Shown in pieces: positions 13,051-25,694 of a stretch of DNA of 64,000 nucleotides; within the stretch, counting starts at the first letter, position 1, and each line of letters starts with the position of its first letter. The stretch covers positions 19,212,711 to 19,276,710 of the forward strand of contig MU054187.1 in assembly GCA_013239625.1 (NCBI GenBank), read 5' to 3'. A program made the translations under genes and the position numbers. This stretch comes from Lama guanicoe. Its lineage: Eukaryota. Below the pieces are notes generated by a model that was not told the origin of the DNA, did not search any database, and saw nothing but the letters and a program-made list of their open reading frames with translations.

Positions 13051-14125
13051 TGGACATTAACCCCTTATGGATCATATCATATGCAAATATCTTCCCCCAT
13101 TCAGCAGGTTATCTTTTCCTTTTGTTTATGCTTTTCTCTGCTGAGCAAAAGCTTTTAAGTTTAATTAGGTCTCTTTTCGCTTTTATTTCCTTTACTTTAG
13201 GAGATGGAGCCAAAAGATATTGCTGTGATTTATGTCAAAGAGTGATTTGCCTATGATTTACTCTAGGAATTTTATTAGAGTATCTGGTCTTACATTTAAG
13301 CCTTTAATCCATCTTGAGTTTATTTTTGTACATGGTGTTAGAGAATGTTCTAATTTCATTCTTTGGCGTGTAGCTGTCCAGTTTTTCCAGCACCACTTAT
13401 TGAAGAGACTGTCTTTTCTCCATTATATATTCTTGCCTCCTTTGTCAGAGACTAATTAATCATATGTGTATGGGTTTATTTCAGGGCTCCCCATCTTGTT
13501 CCACAGATCTATGTATCTGGTTTTGTGCCAGTACCATATTGTTTTGATTACTGTAGCTTTGTAGTATAGTCTGAAGTCAGAGCGTATCAGTTCTCCAGCT
13601 CTGTTGTTTCTCAGGGTTGTTTTGGCTACTCAGGGTCTTTTTATGTTTCTATACAAATTTTAAAATTATTTGTTCTAGTTCTGTGAAAAATGCCATTGGT
13701 GTTGCATGTGGGATTGTGCTGAATCTGTAGACTGCCTTGGGTCATATGGACATTTTAACAATATTGATTTTTCCAATCCAAGAACACGATACATCTTTCC
13801 TTCTGTTTGTGTTGTCTTCAATTTCTTTCACTGGTGTCTTACGGTTTTCAGAGTGTAGTTCATTTGCCTCTCTAGGTAGCTTTGTTCCTAGGTTTTTTAT
13901 TCTTTTTGATATGATGGTAAATGGGATAGTTTTCTTAATTTCTCTTTCTGATACTTAATTGTTAGGGTATAGAAATGGAACAGATTTCTGTAAATTAACT
14001 TTGTATCCTGCAACTTTACCAAATTGATTGGCGAGTCCTAATACTTTTCTGGTGACATCTTTAGGGTTTTCTATATATAGTATCATGTCGTCTGCAAACA
14101 GTGACAGTTTTATTTCTTCCTTTCC
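13051..14125 (-). mobile_element. L1 ORF2 (RT) internal fragment
   Basis: ORF 13955..14140 gives [17 protein letters not shown], the L1 RT FADD motif. Confidence 0.9.
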
Positions 14126-15309
14126 CCAAGAGAGAACCACAAATAGCCTCAGACCAAGGACTCTTTATAAGGCCCTGGTATAATAGAACTGTCCGGGTAT
14201 AACTGAAAACTCTTATTTATGTATGAGTTAATATTTCTTAAACCTTAGTTTTAAAATCAGTTTGGGACATTAAATCTCTCAGCTTCCCACTGCCACCTCC
14301 CCCCATGAACTCTGAGGAACAACCACCAAACCGAACCCAAAACTGTGCTTTGAATTCTTTTACGTTTCAAAACTTCCAGTGCAGAGGAAATTGTTTAAAA
14401 TGATTTACTCCAACACAAATAAATGTGAGGGAGAGGGAAGGAAGAAGAACTTGCCAGCTCACAAGACCACTTTTTCTCTACTAACTGCCTACTTCTGCTG
14501 ATCTGACAAATTAAAGATATGCTATTTCCTCACAGCATTTTGGTCATACTTGGTAGCAAGATTTTGAAGGAGAAAAAAGTGTCCTGTTTGCTTCCACACA
14601 CAGGCCTCTTGGACTTTGTTTCCCTGAGTACGATCCTGAGTTTGGAAGCCCTCCAGGTGACAGAAAATTGGCAGCTTCCTCATCACTGATTCCTCGCTGG
14701 CTCTTTGGGGAGAAGGGAGTTCTGCTCGGGACTTGGCGGCATTCTTAGCTTGGCGCCCCAGCCAGTTACTCAAAGTTCAAGGAACTTGACAGACAGAGGC
14801 TCTTTGTCTGGCGAGAGATGTGAACTGGCTGGGTGGAGCCTGCCACCTCATGCCGGCACCTTCTGTCTCCTTCCAGGGAAGCTTGTTTCTGACCAGGCTC
14901 ACAATGCCGTGTTCTATGTGAGGAGATCTTTGTCCAGGGAGGGTGGCATCGGTCCCTCACTGGGGTGAGCACTGGGCCTCTCCAGTATCCCAATCCGTGC
15001 AGCCTCATCCTGTCCCACAGGAGTAGCGGTAGTGTGTATGCATGTTTTATCTAAACAGTTAAAAAAAAAAAAAAGACAGAAGGCTTAGACAGATTTCCAG
15101 GAAACAGATTGTGTTAGTCTAGACTAGTATAATCCAGCCAATTTAATTTCTGAATTTGTGATCATTATTTCCTGAAAAAGAGTTAAAAAGTGAGAAACAC
15201 TGTGTGCACTAAGCTTTCAAATGACCAATTTCAACTGCTATAATGGCATCAAGAGAGTTAATATTCCAAGGATTAGCTTTATATATTGTTCCTATGGGAA
15301 AAAACCTTG

Positions 15310-16068
15310 TATCGAGGGTGTGGAGAAAAGGGAACCCTCCTACACTGTTGGTGGGAACGTAGTTTGATGTAGCTATTATGGAAAACAGTATGGAGATTCC
15401 TCAAAAAACTAAAAAAAGACTTACCATATGATCCAGCAATCCCACTCCTGTGCATGTATCCGGAGGGAATTCTAATTTGAAAACACATCCTCAATGTTCA
15501 GAGCAGCACTATTTACAATAGCCAAGACATGGAAACAACCTAAATGTCCATTGACAGATGACTAGATAAAGAAGCTGTGGTATATTTATACAATGGAATA
15601 CTATTCAGCCATAAAAAATAATAAAATAATGCCATTTGCAACAACATGGATGGACCTGGAGATCATCATTTTAAGTGAAGTAAGCCAGAAAGAGAAAGAA
15701 AAATACCATATGATATTATTCATATGTGGAATCTAAAAAGAGAAAAAAGAAGGCACTAATGAACTTATCTATGAAACAGAAACAGACTCACAGACTTAGT
15801 AAACAAACTTACAATTGCTGGGGAGAAAGGGGATGGGAAGGGATAAATTGGGAGTTCAAGATTTGCAAATATTAAGTATTATATAAAATAGATAAACAGC
15901 AAGTTTCTTCTGTGTAGCACAGGGAACTGTATTCAATATCTTATAGTAACCTATAATGAAAAAGAATATGAAAATAAACATATGTATGTATATGTATGAT
16001 TGAAACATTATGCTGTGCACCAGAAATTGACATATTGTAAACTGACTATACTTTAAAAAAAAAAAAAA
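15310..16068 (+). mobile_element. 5'-truncated L1 (ORF2 C-terminus, 3'UTR, polyA)
   Basis: L1 Cys-rich C-terminal sequence (gggaaccctcctacactgttggtggg), 3'UTR shared with 51084-51363, A-tail ending ~16068. Confidence 0.9.
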
Positions 16069-16730
16069 GCTTGTGTGGATCTTTAAAAAGTCTCCTTTTT
16101 TAAAATAGCAAAAGCAACACATGTCAGTGTTGAAACTTTAGAAAAAAGCAAAAAGAAGAAAATGAAAATCATGTATATCCTTCTATCTAGATATGAGACC
16201 ACACTGTTTTGTTAGGTAAGAATTGGCTTTGAGTTACGGAGAACAAATTCAAATTATGGGTTTAATGATATGCTTCTGGGCAAGTTCACTTACCAATGCA
16301 TTCATTTTCTCTTTGCAAAGGGAAACACCTGTGTTAGAGGAGTGTTAGAAGATTGTGGAAAGGTTTTGAGCCCCAAAATAATCACTGATCGATATTGTCT
16401 GTATTTTATCCCCTCAACTACTGATCATAGCTCATTACTAATTTTGTACCACCTAGTGGTACAAAGTGTCAGAACACGAACTCGTTTAATTGGTCTCAAA
16501 CTTCGTTCTCCCCTATATTGCTATGACATGAATTTATGGTTTCGGTATTCTGGTTCTTGTTTCCATTGCTTACACTTGCCTGGAAGAGGAAGTATACAGA
16601 GTTGTATTTTAGAGTCAGCAAGTCTGATTCCATCACTCCATTATTTTTGGCAATAAATAATGTTGGGGCAAGTCTGAGACCAACTTGTTTTTCTTCCTTA
16701 TAGGTGATTAATTTTGCCTGGTAGATGTCA

Positions 16731-16862
16731 AAGATAAACTTTGACATTGACATTCTAATTTAAATGTTCCTGGCATATGGACCTGAAGATTTTCAAGTTC
16801 AGTGGTGTACTTAAGATAAACTTTGACATTGACATTCTAATTTAAATGTTCCTGGCATATGG
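16731..16862. repeat. Perfect 50-bp direct repeat with 32-bp spacer
   Basis: aagataaactttgacattgacattctaatttaaatgttcctggcatatgg at 16731-16780 and 16813-16862. Confidence 0.95.
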
Positions 16863-17298
16863 TATTCACTTTCATCCATAGTTTCAATCATATCTTAAAA
16901 TTCAAATAATTCTCTTATATCTTTGAATACATCTTCTATTTTGAGGTTTTTTTAACTCAGATGTATGAATTATTCTTTTCTTGGATTATGTTTATCTACC
17001 ATATACATTGTCTTCTGTATAATTGCTTTGTTTTTTTAGATTTGTATTCACTGGGTCAGTAATTTAATTTTCAGCAATTTTTATTCTGGTTTAATTTTAT
17101 TAGCTCTAAATGTTGCTGCTTTGCCTTTCAATTTGTTTACTTCATCTAAGAATCATCTTTTAAAAAAAAGTCTCCTTGCCTTTCTGTCTTACTGATTTGA
17201 TGTTTTTATTTGATTGTACTATAGTGAGAAGGGAGGGTGAGTAATATACTTCTGTTGCTTGAGTTATATTTTTATTTAGATTAGAATTTTTGTCTTTT

Positions 17299-17462
17299 TT
17301 TTTCTTTTTCTTTTTACATTTTTTATTGATTCATAATCATTTTACAGTGTTGTGTCAAATTCCAGTGTTCAGCACAATTTTTCAGTCATTCATGGACATA
17401 TACACACTCATTGTCACATTTTTTTCTCTGTGATTTATCATAACATTTTGTGTATATTTCCC
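17299..17462 (-). mobile_element. Short young L1 3'-end insertion
   Basis: T-rich tail then L1-like 3'UTR; perfect TSD ttagaatttttgtctttt (17281-17298/17463-17480). Confidence 0.8.
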
Positions 17463-17570
17463 TTAGAATTTTTGTCTTTTGCTTGCTATGATGTCTTCTC
17501 CCCACTTTATTTTCTTCTGCTTAATGTTTTTAAGTCAAATTTTTTATTTTATTGTGTACTTATTTTCTTG

Positions 17571-17612
17571 TATTCTTTTATGTATTTTTAATATTCTTTT
17601 ATGTATTTTTAA
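17571..17612. repeat. 21-bp tandem duplication
   Basis: tattcttttatgtatttttaa x2. Confidence 0.9.
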
Positions 17613-17802
17613 TTAAACTTTTTAATTTGAATTAATTGTAGATGCACATGCAATTGTGAGAAATAATGCAGGGAAATTTAAGATATCCTTTGTTAGTTTC
17701 TTTCAGTAATAACATCTTGTAAAAACTATAGTACAATATGACACCTAGGATATTGATATTACTATAACCAGTCTTATTCAGACTTCCACAGTTTTACTTG
17801 TA

Positions 17803-17947
17803 CAGGCATATCTCAGAGATATTTTGGGTTTGGTTCCAGATAACTGCAACGAAGTGAATATTGCAATAAAGCAAGTCACATGAATTTTTTGGTTTTTCAG
17901 TGTATATAAAATTGTTATGTTTATATCACACTGTAGTCTATTAAGTG
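17803..17947 (+). mobile_element. Tigger1 DNA transposon terminal fragment
   Basis: ta|caggcatatctcagagatattttgggtttggttccaga...gcaataaagcaagtcacatgaa matches the recalled Tigger1 end after a TA site. Confidence 0.8.
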
Positions 17948-17949
17948 AC

Positions 17950-18730
17950 TTGCTGGTCATATGGTTTAACTATTTGAGAAATTGCCAAATTGTGTTACAA
18001 ACAGGCTGCACCAATTTACATCCTCACTGGTAATTTATGAGGCTTCTAATATCTCCATATTATCACAGAATTTGATATTATCTTTTTTTTTTTAATTAGA
18101 GACATCCTATTGTATGTGAAGTAGTATCTCATTGTGGTTCTAATTTGCATTTCAGTTAATGATGCTGAGCATTTTTTATGTGCTTTTTGATATTATCTTC
18201 TTTGCCCAAATATTTATTCAAATTTTTGCTCATTTTTTAATTGGGTTATTTTCATATCATTGAGTTCTAAGAGTTCTTTATATATTGTAGATACAAGTCC
18301 CGTGTCAGATATGTGATTTAAAAATAATTTCTCTAATTTTGTGAGTTATTTTTTCACTTTCTTGATGGTGTCCTTTAAAGCCTAAAAGGTTTTGATTTTA
18401 ATGAAGTCCAATTTATCTATTTTTTAATTTTGTTGCTTGTGTTTTTGTCATATCTAAGAAATCACCATCTAATCCAAAGTCATGAAGATTTACGCCTGTT
18501 TTTTCTAACCTTTTTTGAGTTATTTTTATATATGGGGTAAGGTAGGGATCCAATTTCATTCTTTTGCATGTGGATTTTGGTTGCTTCAGCACCATTTGTT
18601 GAAATGTCTATTATTTCCCTGTTTCATTGTCTTGGTATCCTTGCCAAAAATCAATTGATCATAAATATGAGGCCGTTTTTCCTCCCCTGGTCTCTTGGTT
18701 CTGTTCCATTGAGCTGTATGTCTGTTCTTA
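17950..18730 (-). mobile_element. Old L1M ORF2 fragment
   Basis: ORF 18413..18595 CKRMKLDPYLTPYIKI is L1 ORF2-like. Confidence 0.8.
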
Positions 18731-19420
18731 ACAGTAGTTGCCAATGCCTCTTCCCTGGCTTGTGTGTGTCCTGTTCCTCCCTACCCTCCCATCCTAATTC
18801 TTCCATTTACATGACTGCTTTTAGATGTCATAATTTCCCCTGGAGTCTCACCTCTGCTGCTTCCCTAGAAGAAGCCTTAGATGTTCTGTTGCACTCATTT
18901 GCCTGTAATCTCTTGGTCCCAGGTACCCATGGGTCTGCAATCATTCCCCAGCTCTCCCTGAAGCCAACGCTTTCAGCCACCTCCAACTATGTCACCATTC
19001 CCAGCTGAGCTCTGAGTCAGGCGTGACAGAATCCAGTCACGGGGGTAACCCCCAGACAAGCCTGAGGGGTGTCAACAAGTTCCACTTTTTTCCCTCCACC
19101 CTGAGAAAGGAGCTGGCATTTGGGTGGCTTCCTCCTTATTTTACAATGACGGGGTGGGAATGGGGCAAGGTGAGCAAAAATACCAAAATTTTCTACTGCT
19201 TTGAGTGTGGCTTCTTGTTTAGGGATTTGCTTGGCGGTGGCAGATCCCACCTGGTGTCTATAGTTCCCACAAAACTGCTTTGGTCTCTACATTGCTTTCT
19301 TGGTGTTTTGGTGAGAGAACAACCGCCTGGAGCTTCCTAGTCTGACATCTGGCTGGCGTCACTGCCCTGTTCCGCCATCTTCAAGCCTCTCACAGCTGTA
19401 TGTGTTCCCTGGGCTCCGGC

Positions 19421-20195
19421 AACAGTGTTTCTCACCCTTGGCTGCACAATAGGTGACCTGGAGAGTTTAAAAAAAAATCCCAATGTCCAAGCCACATCCC
19501 AGATAAATTCATCAGAACTCACAGAAGTTGAACCTGGCCATCAGGATTTTTTCTTTTTTGATACATAAAATTTACTATTTTAACCATTCTTTAGGGTAGA
19601 GTTTATCAAATCATTTACTTCAGTGCATTCATATGTTGTGCAACCACCATCACCACCCGTCTCCAGAACTTCATCATCCCCAACAGAAACTCTGTGCCCA
19701 CCAAACACTGACTCTTCCTCCCCTCTTCCTCTGCAACCCCTGGTAACCACTATTCTATTTCCTGTCTCTAGGAGTTTACCTATTCTAGGTACCTTGTATA
19801 AGGGGAATCATACATTTGTCCTTTTGCGTCTGCCTTATTCACTTAGCATGACTTCAAGTTTCATCCATGTTGTAACACGTGTCAGAATTTCCTTACTTTC
19901 TACGGGTGAACAATATTCCATTGTATGCATATACCACACTTTGTTTATCTGCTCAACTGTCAATGGACACATGGGTTGTTTCAATCTTTGGCTATTATGA
20001 ATATGCTTCTACGAACATTGGTGTACAAGTATGTGTTTGAGTTCCGGCTTTCAGTTCTTTTGTGTATATACCCAGAAGTGGAATTGGTGGATCATATGGT
20101 AATTCTGTGTTTAATATTTTGAGGCACCTACATCAGTATGCCTTGAAGTTCCCCACATGACTCCAGGGTGCAGCCCAGTTGACTTTCACTACAGT
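19421..20195. mobile_element. MER5A-like hAT element split by an L1 3' end (~19545-20130, minus)
   Basis: cagtgtttctcacccttggctgcaca... resumes as ...ccagggtgcagcccagttga; catcag duplicated at 19539-19544 and 20131-20136. Confidence 0.7.
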
Positions 20196-20319
20196 AGAGC
20201 CTTGCCTGAATCCTTCAACTAAATGTAACGTCTTCCTTCTCTGAGCTCAGTTGGCATTTTAATGAACTTTTGTTATGGCTCCTATTTATTTCTGTGTTAT
20301 TTATATTGTTATACATATT

Positions 20320-21080
20320 ATTTGTGCTAGAGGCTGAGTATACAGTGACAAGCACAACACCCATCAAACTAACTGCTTTCATGAAACTTACAATTAAGTG
20401 GAAGGGACAGATATTAATTACACAATCATATAAATGTATAATTACACACTGAATTATCTGCTACGAAAGAAAGAAACACAGTTCTATTGAGGGTAAATTG
20501 AAAAGGAAACTGACCTAGACCAGCGGTGGGTGTCAGAGAGTCTTCCTTGAGGAAGAGATACCAGGGTTTAATTCTAAAAGATGATGACTTAAGTACACAT
20601 ATAGTAAAGGTCATTTCAGGTAAAATAAACAGAGGTTTGATGGCTGAAAAGAAGGTCAGTTTGTCTAGGATATGGGTAGCAAGGGGGCGTTGTTGCAAGA
20701 TGAAATTGGCTATTTGCAGGGGACACAACACCCAAAATCTTGCAGGTATTTTAATGATTTGGGTCTTTATGCGAAAGCAATGAGGAGCCATTGAAAGGTT
20801 TTAAGCAGTGGGGTGACAAACTCGGCTTGGCATTTAGAAAAGATCATTCTGCTGATGTGTGGGGAGAAGGGACTGGATGGGGTTGGAGTGGTTGTGGGGA
20901 AACCAGGCCATTACAGTGGTACAGATGGGAGAAGCTGGTTCCTTGGACTGGGGAGGTAGCAGGGGTTTTGAGGGAAAGTGTCAGAGTTGAGAAATACCTC
21001 AGATGGATGACCCCTGATGATGGATTGGATACAAGCAGCCAGGCAAGGACACTGTCAAGGCTGAGGTCTACTTTTCTGGC
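20320..21080 (-). mobile_element. L2 LINE fragment
   Basis: gcaatgaggagccattgaaaggttttaagcag...ttagaaaagatcattctgctg is typical antisense L2. Confidence 0.7.
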
Positions 21081-24000
21081 TTCCCCAAATCTTTTAGATG
21101 ATATGCTTGCTTGATTAAACTTTGCATGCCTCCAGAGTGTTCTGCACAAAACATATTCTCACTGAATAAAAATCTGTAAATGAATGACAGAGTCAATAAA
21201 CCAACCATTGTATTATTATATTGAACACACCCATATCAAGCATGCTAATAATGTCACCCTCTAGATGCTTTTCTTCTACAGATGGATATTTGCACGATTA
21301 TCTCAATTGAATAAAATTCAGAATACTTTCTCCTTCTGCTGCAGCTAGCATTGTGCTAGGCACTGGAAATACATGTAGAAGTAATATATCGTCTGCTTAT
21401 GGGTAGTTCCAAATACATTGGAGAAAAAGACATACAAATAAATAATTACAACAAAATAAAATTGTAGTAATAAATGCACGCTTTAATTGCAGGAGGAGTA
21501 GAGAGGAGGTAGTGATTAATTTTTTTTTTCCTAAGAGAGCTAGGAAGATTCCCAAGGCGGAAATGTAAGGGTGACACATTCCAAGCTGAGCTTTCTTTCC
21601 TTTCTTTTTTCTTTTTTCTTTCTTTTTTTTTTTTTTTTTGCATGTTTTAGGGAGTGGCAAGCTTACTGCATGAGCATGGGATACCAGACTGGTAAGAGTG
21701 AGGAGGCCAAAGTATATATATTCCATGGTACACTGGCCCTCAGATATTTTTGTAAATCAAAGGATTTCATGGTCAGATAACTTTGGTAAACACTGATAAT
21801 TACATCTTGGAGATTTGTGTGCACATTGGCATAGCAAAGGCTCACAGGGTAGGAACTGGTTTAACTTTGTTCAATACAGTATTTCTCAAACACATTTGAC
21901 AGATAAAACCCCTCTTCTCTTATATAGCATACCACACACATTGACATCCTGCAAGAGACGGCAGTTTGGAAAGGGCTCTATTGGACTATAGATCGGAGGT
22001 GGTTTGTATGGTTTTGCAGTCATTAGGGTCAACGCATACAGTGTGTTTTTTGCTACTAATGAGTTTACATGATGTGACAATGAATCTTTCAAAGGAACAC
22101 TGAGCTGAGCCAGAAATGATACAGAGCAGGGTCCAACCCTCCTAGCAGGAGGCAAAAGGGGAGAGACACCGATTGAACGTTTACTAAAACACCCTAATGC
22201 CACTTCAAGAATAGAAAAAGATCGATGGTTAGACTCATAAATCCTCGTGACCCTGTAACCGGTGGATTGTTTTATAAACACCGTGAGACATTGTCAAACT
22301 GTCATAGTGGCGATGTTATTATTGCTAACTTGTTTAGTGTTGTTTTGAACGATTAATCCTTTTCAGAGGGCTGCCCCAAATTCTAACATTTGTAAGGGTT
22401 CCATGAATAGAAAAAGTCAAGACCCATTGTTGCATCCTGGTCAGTGTCTGAGGGACAGCAGGGTGTCATTCCCGATGCTCAGTGGCCAGCCATCAGGTGG
22501 GCGGGGGTTCCAATCAGATGAGCAGAGCTCAGAGGCTGGGGGTCTAGAACAAGGCTATTGTTTTTGCATGTTCAGCGTTCATTTTCTTTTCTGGTAAAAC
22601 ACCCTGATTTTCCTTTCGGGAACAATTTCCTGAAATCTATTTTGCGTACTTGAGTGTACAAGAGCCATCGTATCCCCATGTGGTAGAGTAATAGCACGTC
22701 ACTCTGTTCTTCAACTTTCTGTATCACTTTTCTGTTTATAAATTCTTCTGCTACCCAACTACATGGGTTTCTCCTCTGATGATTTTGTCCTAGGGAGCAA
22801 AGTCTTTTTATTTTTCAGGATCCTTCATACAGGTCCTAGACAGTACATGTCATATTGCTGGGACTAAAACTAAAACACATGAAAGATGACTAGATCTAGC
22901 ATACAGTATCTCCTCAATCAGTGATAGACTTGCGAAAGCATTTCACCGCAATGTAAGTTACAGGGTACACACCCCCGCCTACATAACTTTTACTGTCTTT
23001 GAATATTTGTTAACTCTTATTTTCTCTTTTCTTTCTGGCTTCTTCAGGGCTTACCCATAAGTTCAGATCAGATGGCACCCTGGCAGCTTCAATATTATTC
23101 CAAGAGAAAAATAGTATTATCTTGATATTCTGCCCGCAGAAATCTGCTTTTGCATTTTCTAGGGTTAAAGTTCTTGGTTTGCAAGCCTCAGTGAGCTTTC
23201 AAGTATTTTTATTTGATTTTCCTTTTGAAGCTCCTGCAGCTCTTCCAAGTCTAGAGTAAAGTAATTCTTCCTTCTGTTCCTGGATTTCTTTCAAAACAAA
23301 CCAAAACAAAAGAAATCTCCATTCTCTAGTTCTCTGTTTGGAATATGCCTTAGAGCTCATCTCAGAAGACGAGTTTTACCTGAGGAAATTTGGTCCTAAG
23401 ATGTTGATCTTTCTTTTACAATTGTACCGTCATCCACACTTCACTTTACATTTAAATGCTCTCACTTGGGTGAGAGGAGTTTATTCAAAATCATATGTAT
23501 ATTTAGGTGAGTCTTGTATATTTTTTCATGACGTCAGATACTAACATTAATAGAGTAGGGAGAATAAAATCACTTCTCCATTAAGAAGGTTTTTATCCCT
23601 CAAAGTAAAATGTAAAGGAAATGCAAATGATCCAACAGAATAGCTCTGATTTTCACTGCTGGGAGTGGTAGACACTGTAGTAGAGAGGATGGTAGATGAG
23701 CCCAACTTGTTTCAATAAAACTCACTAGGATTTAGGAAGAGACGACCATGACTTTTTTGATGTTTGGAAATGTTGAAAGGTTTCAGTGCCAGAGTAAACA
23801 GAAAGTAGACACAGTTGCCATCTTGGATATATTTTTTAAAGGTCTCAGAGAAGTTTGCCCTTCATGCATTTGTATTAGGGCACAAGGAAGGAATTGGTTC
23901 TGACTTGACGATGTATTCAGGGAAAGAAAAGATTCGTCACTGACACAGAAGCTTCGCAGACCAAGACTGGATCAAGCAGGATGTTAAAATGATGCACTTT

Positions 24001-24579
24001 ATATAAAAAAGCAGGACATTGGTGACTCAAAAGAAATCTATAGTATAAACAGGTACAGTTAACACCCCACTGATCTGAAATCATGACGGAAAAATGGAAA
24101 CTTCACACAGGTACAATGCTTAGATAACATCCATTTATTCATTTATTAAGAAAATAATTAAATTTCTACTATATCCCAGGCAAAAAGAGACAGCCCCTAC
24201 CCTTGTGCAGTTTAAATTCCAGTAGGAGACAATTTATGTGAACTAAATAGATCAATTTTTTTTTCTCATTAGCAGTAATTCTTATTTTATTAAGAAAATG
24301 AACAGAGAAATTGATAGTGGTAGGAGTTGGGTGTGGACAAGGTGAGGACTGCCCGGGACAGTTAGACAAGAACTCTCTTTGGAAGCATCTGAACCAGAGC
24401 TGAGTGATGAGAAACACCCAGCCCTGTGAAGAGGGGCAGTGGAACATTTTCATCAGAAGAACAAACAGCGAGAGCAAAGACTTTGAGGTCAAGACTAGAA
24501 AGAAGGCAAGTGTGCCTAAAACAGAATAAAAAAAAAAAGAAATCGGAAGGTTATCAATGTAAGCACCAAATTTCGATGG

Positions 24580-25390
24580 ATTTTTTCCCTCTTTTTTGTC
24601 AACTTTACTGAAGTATAATTTACTTTAAAACAAAATGCATGTCTTTTTAGACTAAAACTCATTGAATGCTGACATGTGTATTCACTTTTGCTTACGCCAA
24701 GATCTCATACGTTTTTCTCTGGTTTTCTTTTAAGAGTTTTATAGTTTTAGCTTTTACATTTAGGTCTATGATCTACTTTGAGTTCATGTTTGTGTTTAAG
24801 ATAAAGGTCAATGTTTACTTTTTCCCCAAAGGTATTTACCTGTTGAATCAGTTGTTGAAAACTGTCCTTTCTCCATTGAATTACCTTGACATCACTGTTA
24901 AAAATCAATTGACTCTATGTGTATATCTCTGTTTCTATTTTGAACCATTGATCTATATGTCTCTACTTTTATTACTGCCATACTGTCTTGATTATTTGAA
25001 TTTTAGAACCAAAGTATCAATTTCTACAAAAAAAAACCTGCTGGGGTTTTGATGGAAATTGCATTTAATCTATAAATCAATTTGTGGAGAATTGGCATCT
25101 CAGCAATGCTGAGTCTTCTGATCGGTGAGCGCTGTATATCTCTCCTTTTATTTGGGCCTTTTTAAATTTCTCTAATCAATGTTTTACACTTTTTTGTTTA
25201 CATGTCTCATATATTTTGTTAAATGTGTTTCTAAACATTTCATGTTTTTATGTTATCATATATAAACTTTCTAAGGTTTATTTTCTGATTTTTACTGGCC
25301 ATATGTAGCAATCCTATTGATTTTGAATGTTGACCTAGTATTCTGCAATCTTGCTCAATTTACTTATTCATTGTACTAGGTTTTGCTTGT
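24580..25390 (-). mobile_element. Old L1M fragments
   Basis: tttatagttttagcttttacatttaggtctatgatc; gaaattgcatttaatctataaatcaattt. Confidence 0.7.
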
Positions 25391-25694
25391 TTGAAATGGA
25401 TTAGATAAGATATTAGTTGAACACACAGCCTTATATGTTTGCAACTGAAGTTGAAGGCAAGAGGCAAGCAGTGGTGCTCAGGGTTCAGCACATCTGAGAA
25501 CGTCTGGAGGCTCTGTAGAGGGGGCTGGGTACACATGAAAACAAGAATCCTCCTGGGAAGGTCCTCATCCTAAACAGCCAACAGACGAGTCATGCTTGCT
25601 TCAAGGATTATGAATTTTTGGAATGGAGAAACCTACGCGAGGCAAGATCTTTATTTGCAATAAAGACCCTAAAAAAGCTATTTCACTAAAACCT

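Noticed and set aside
16731..16862. Repeat-spacer-repeat resembling a CRISPR array
   Set aside because: Mammalian DNA, only two repeats, no cas genes.
23529..23536. Full CRE palindrome TGACGTCA (also 54145-54152)
   Set aside because: Isolated 8-mers with no supporting promoter context.
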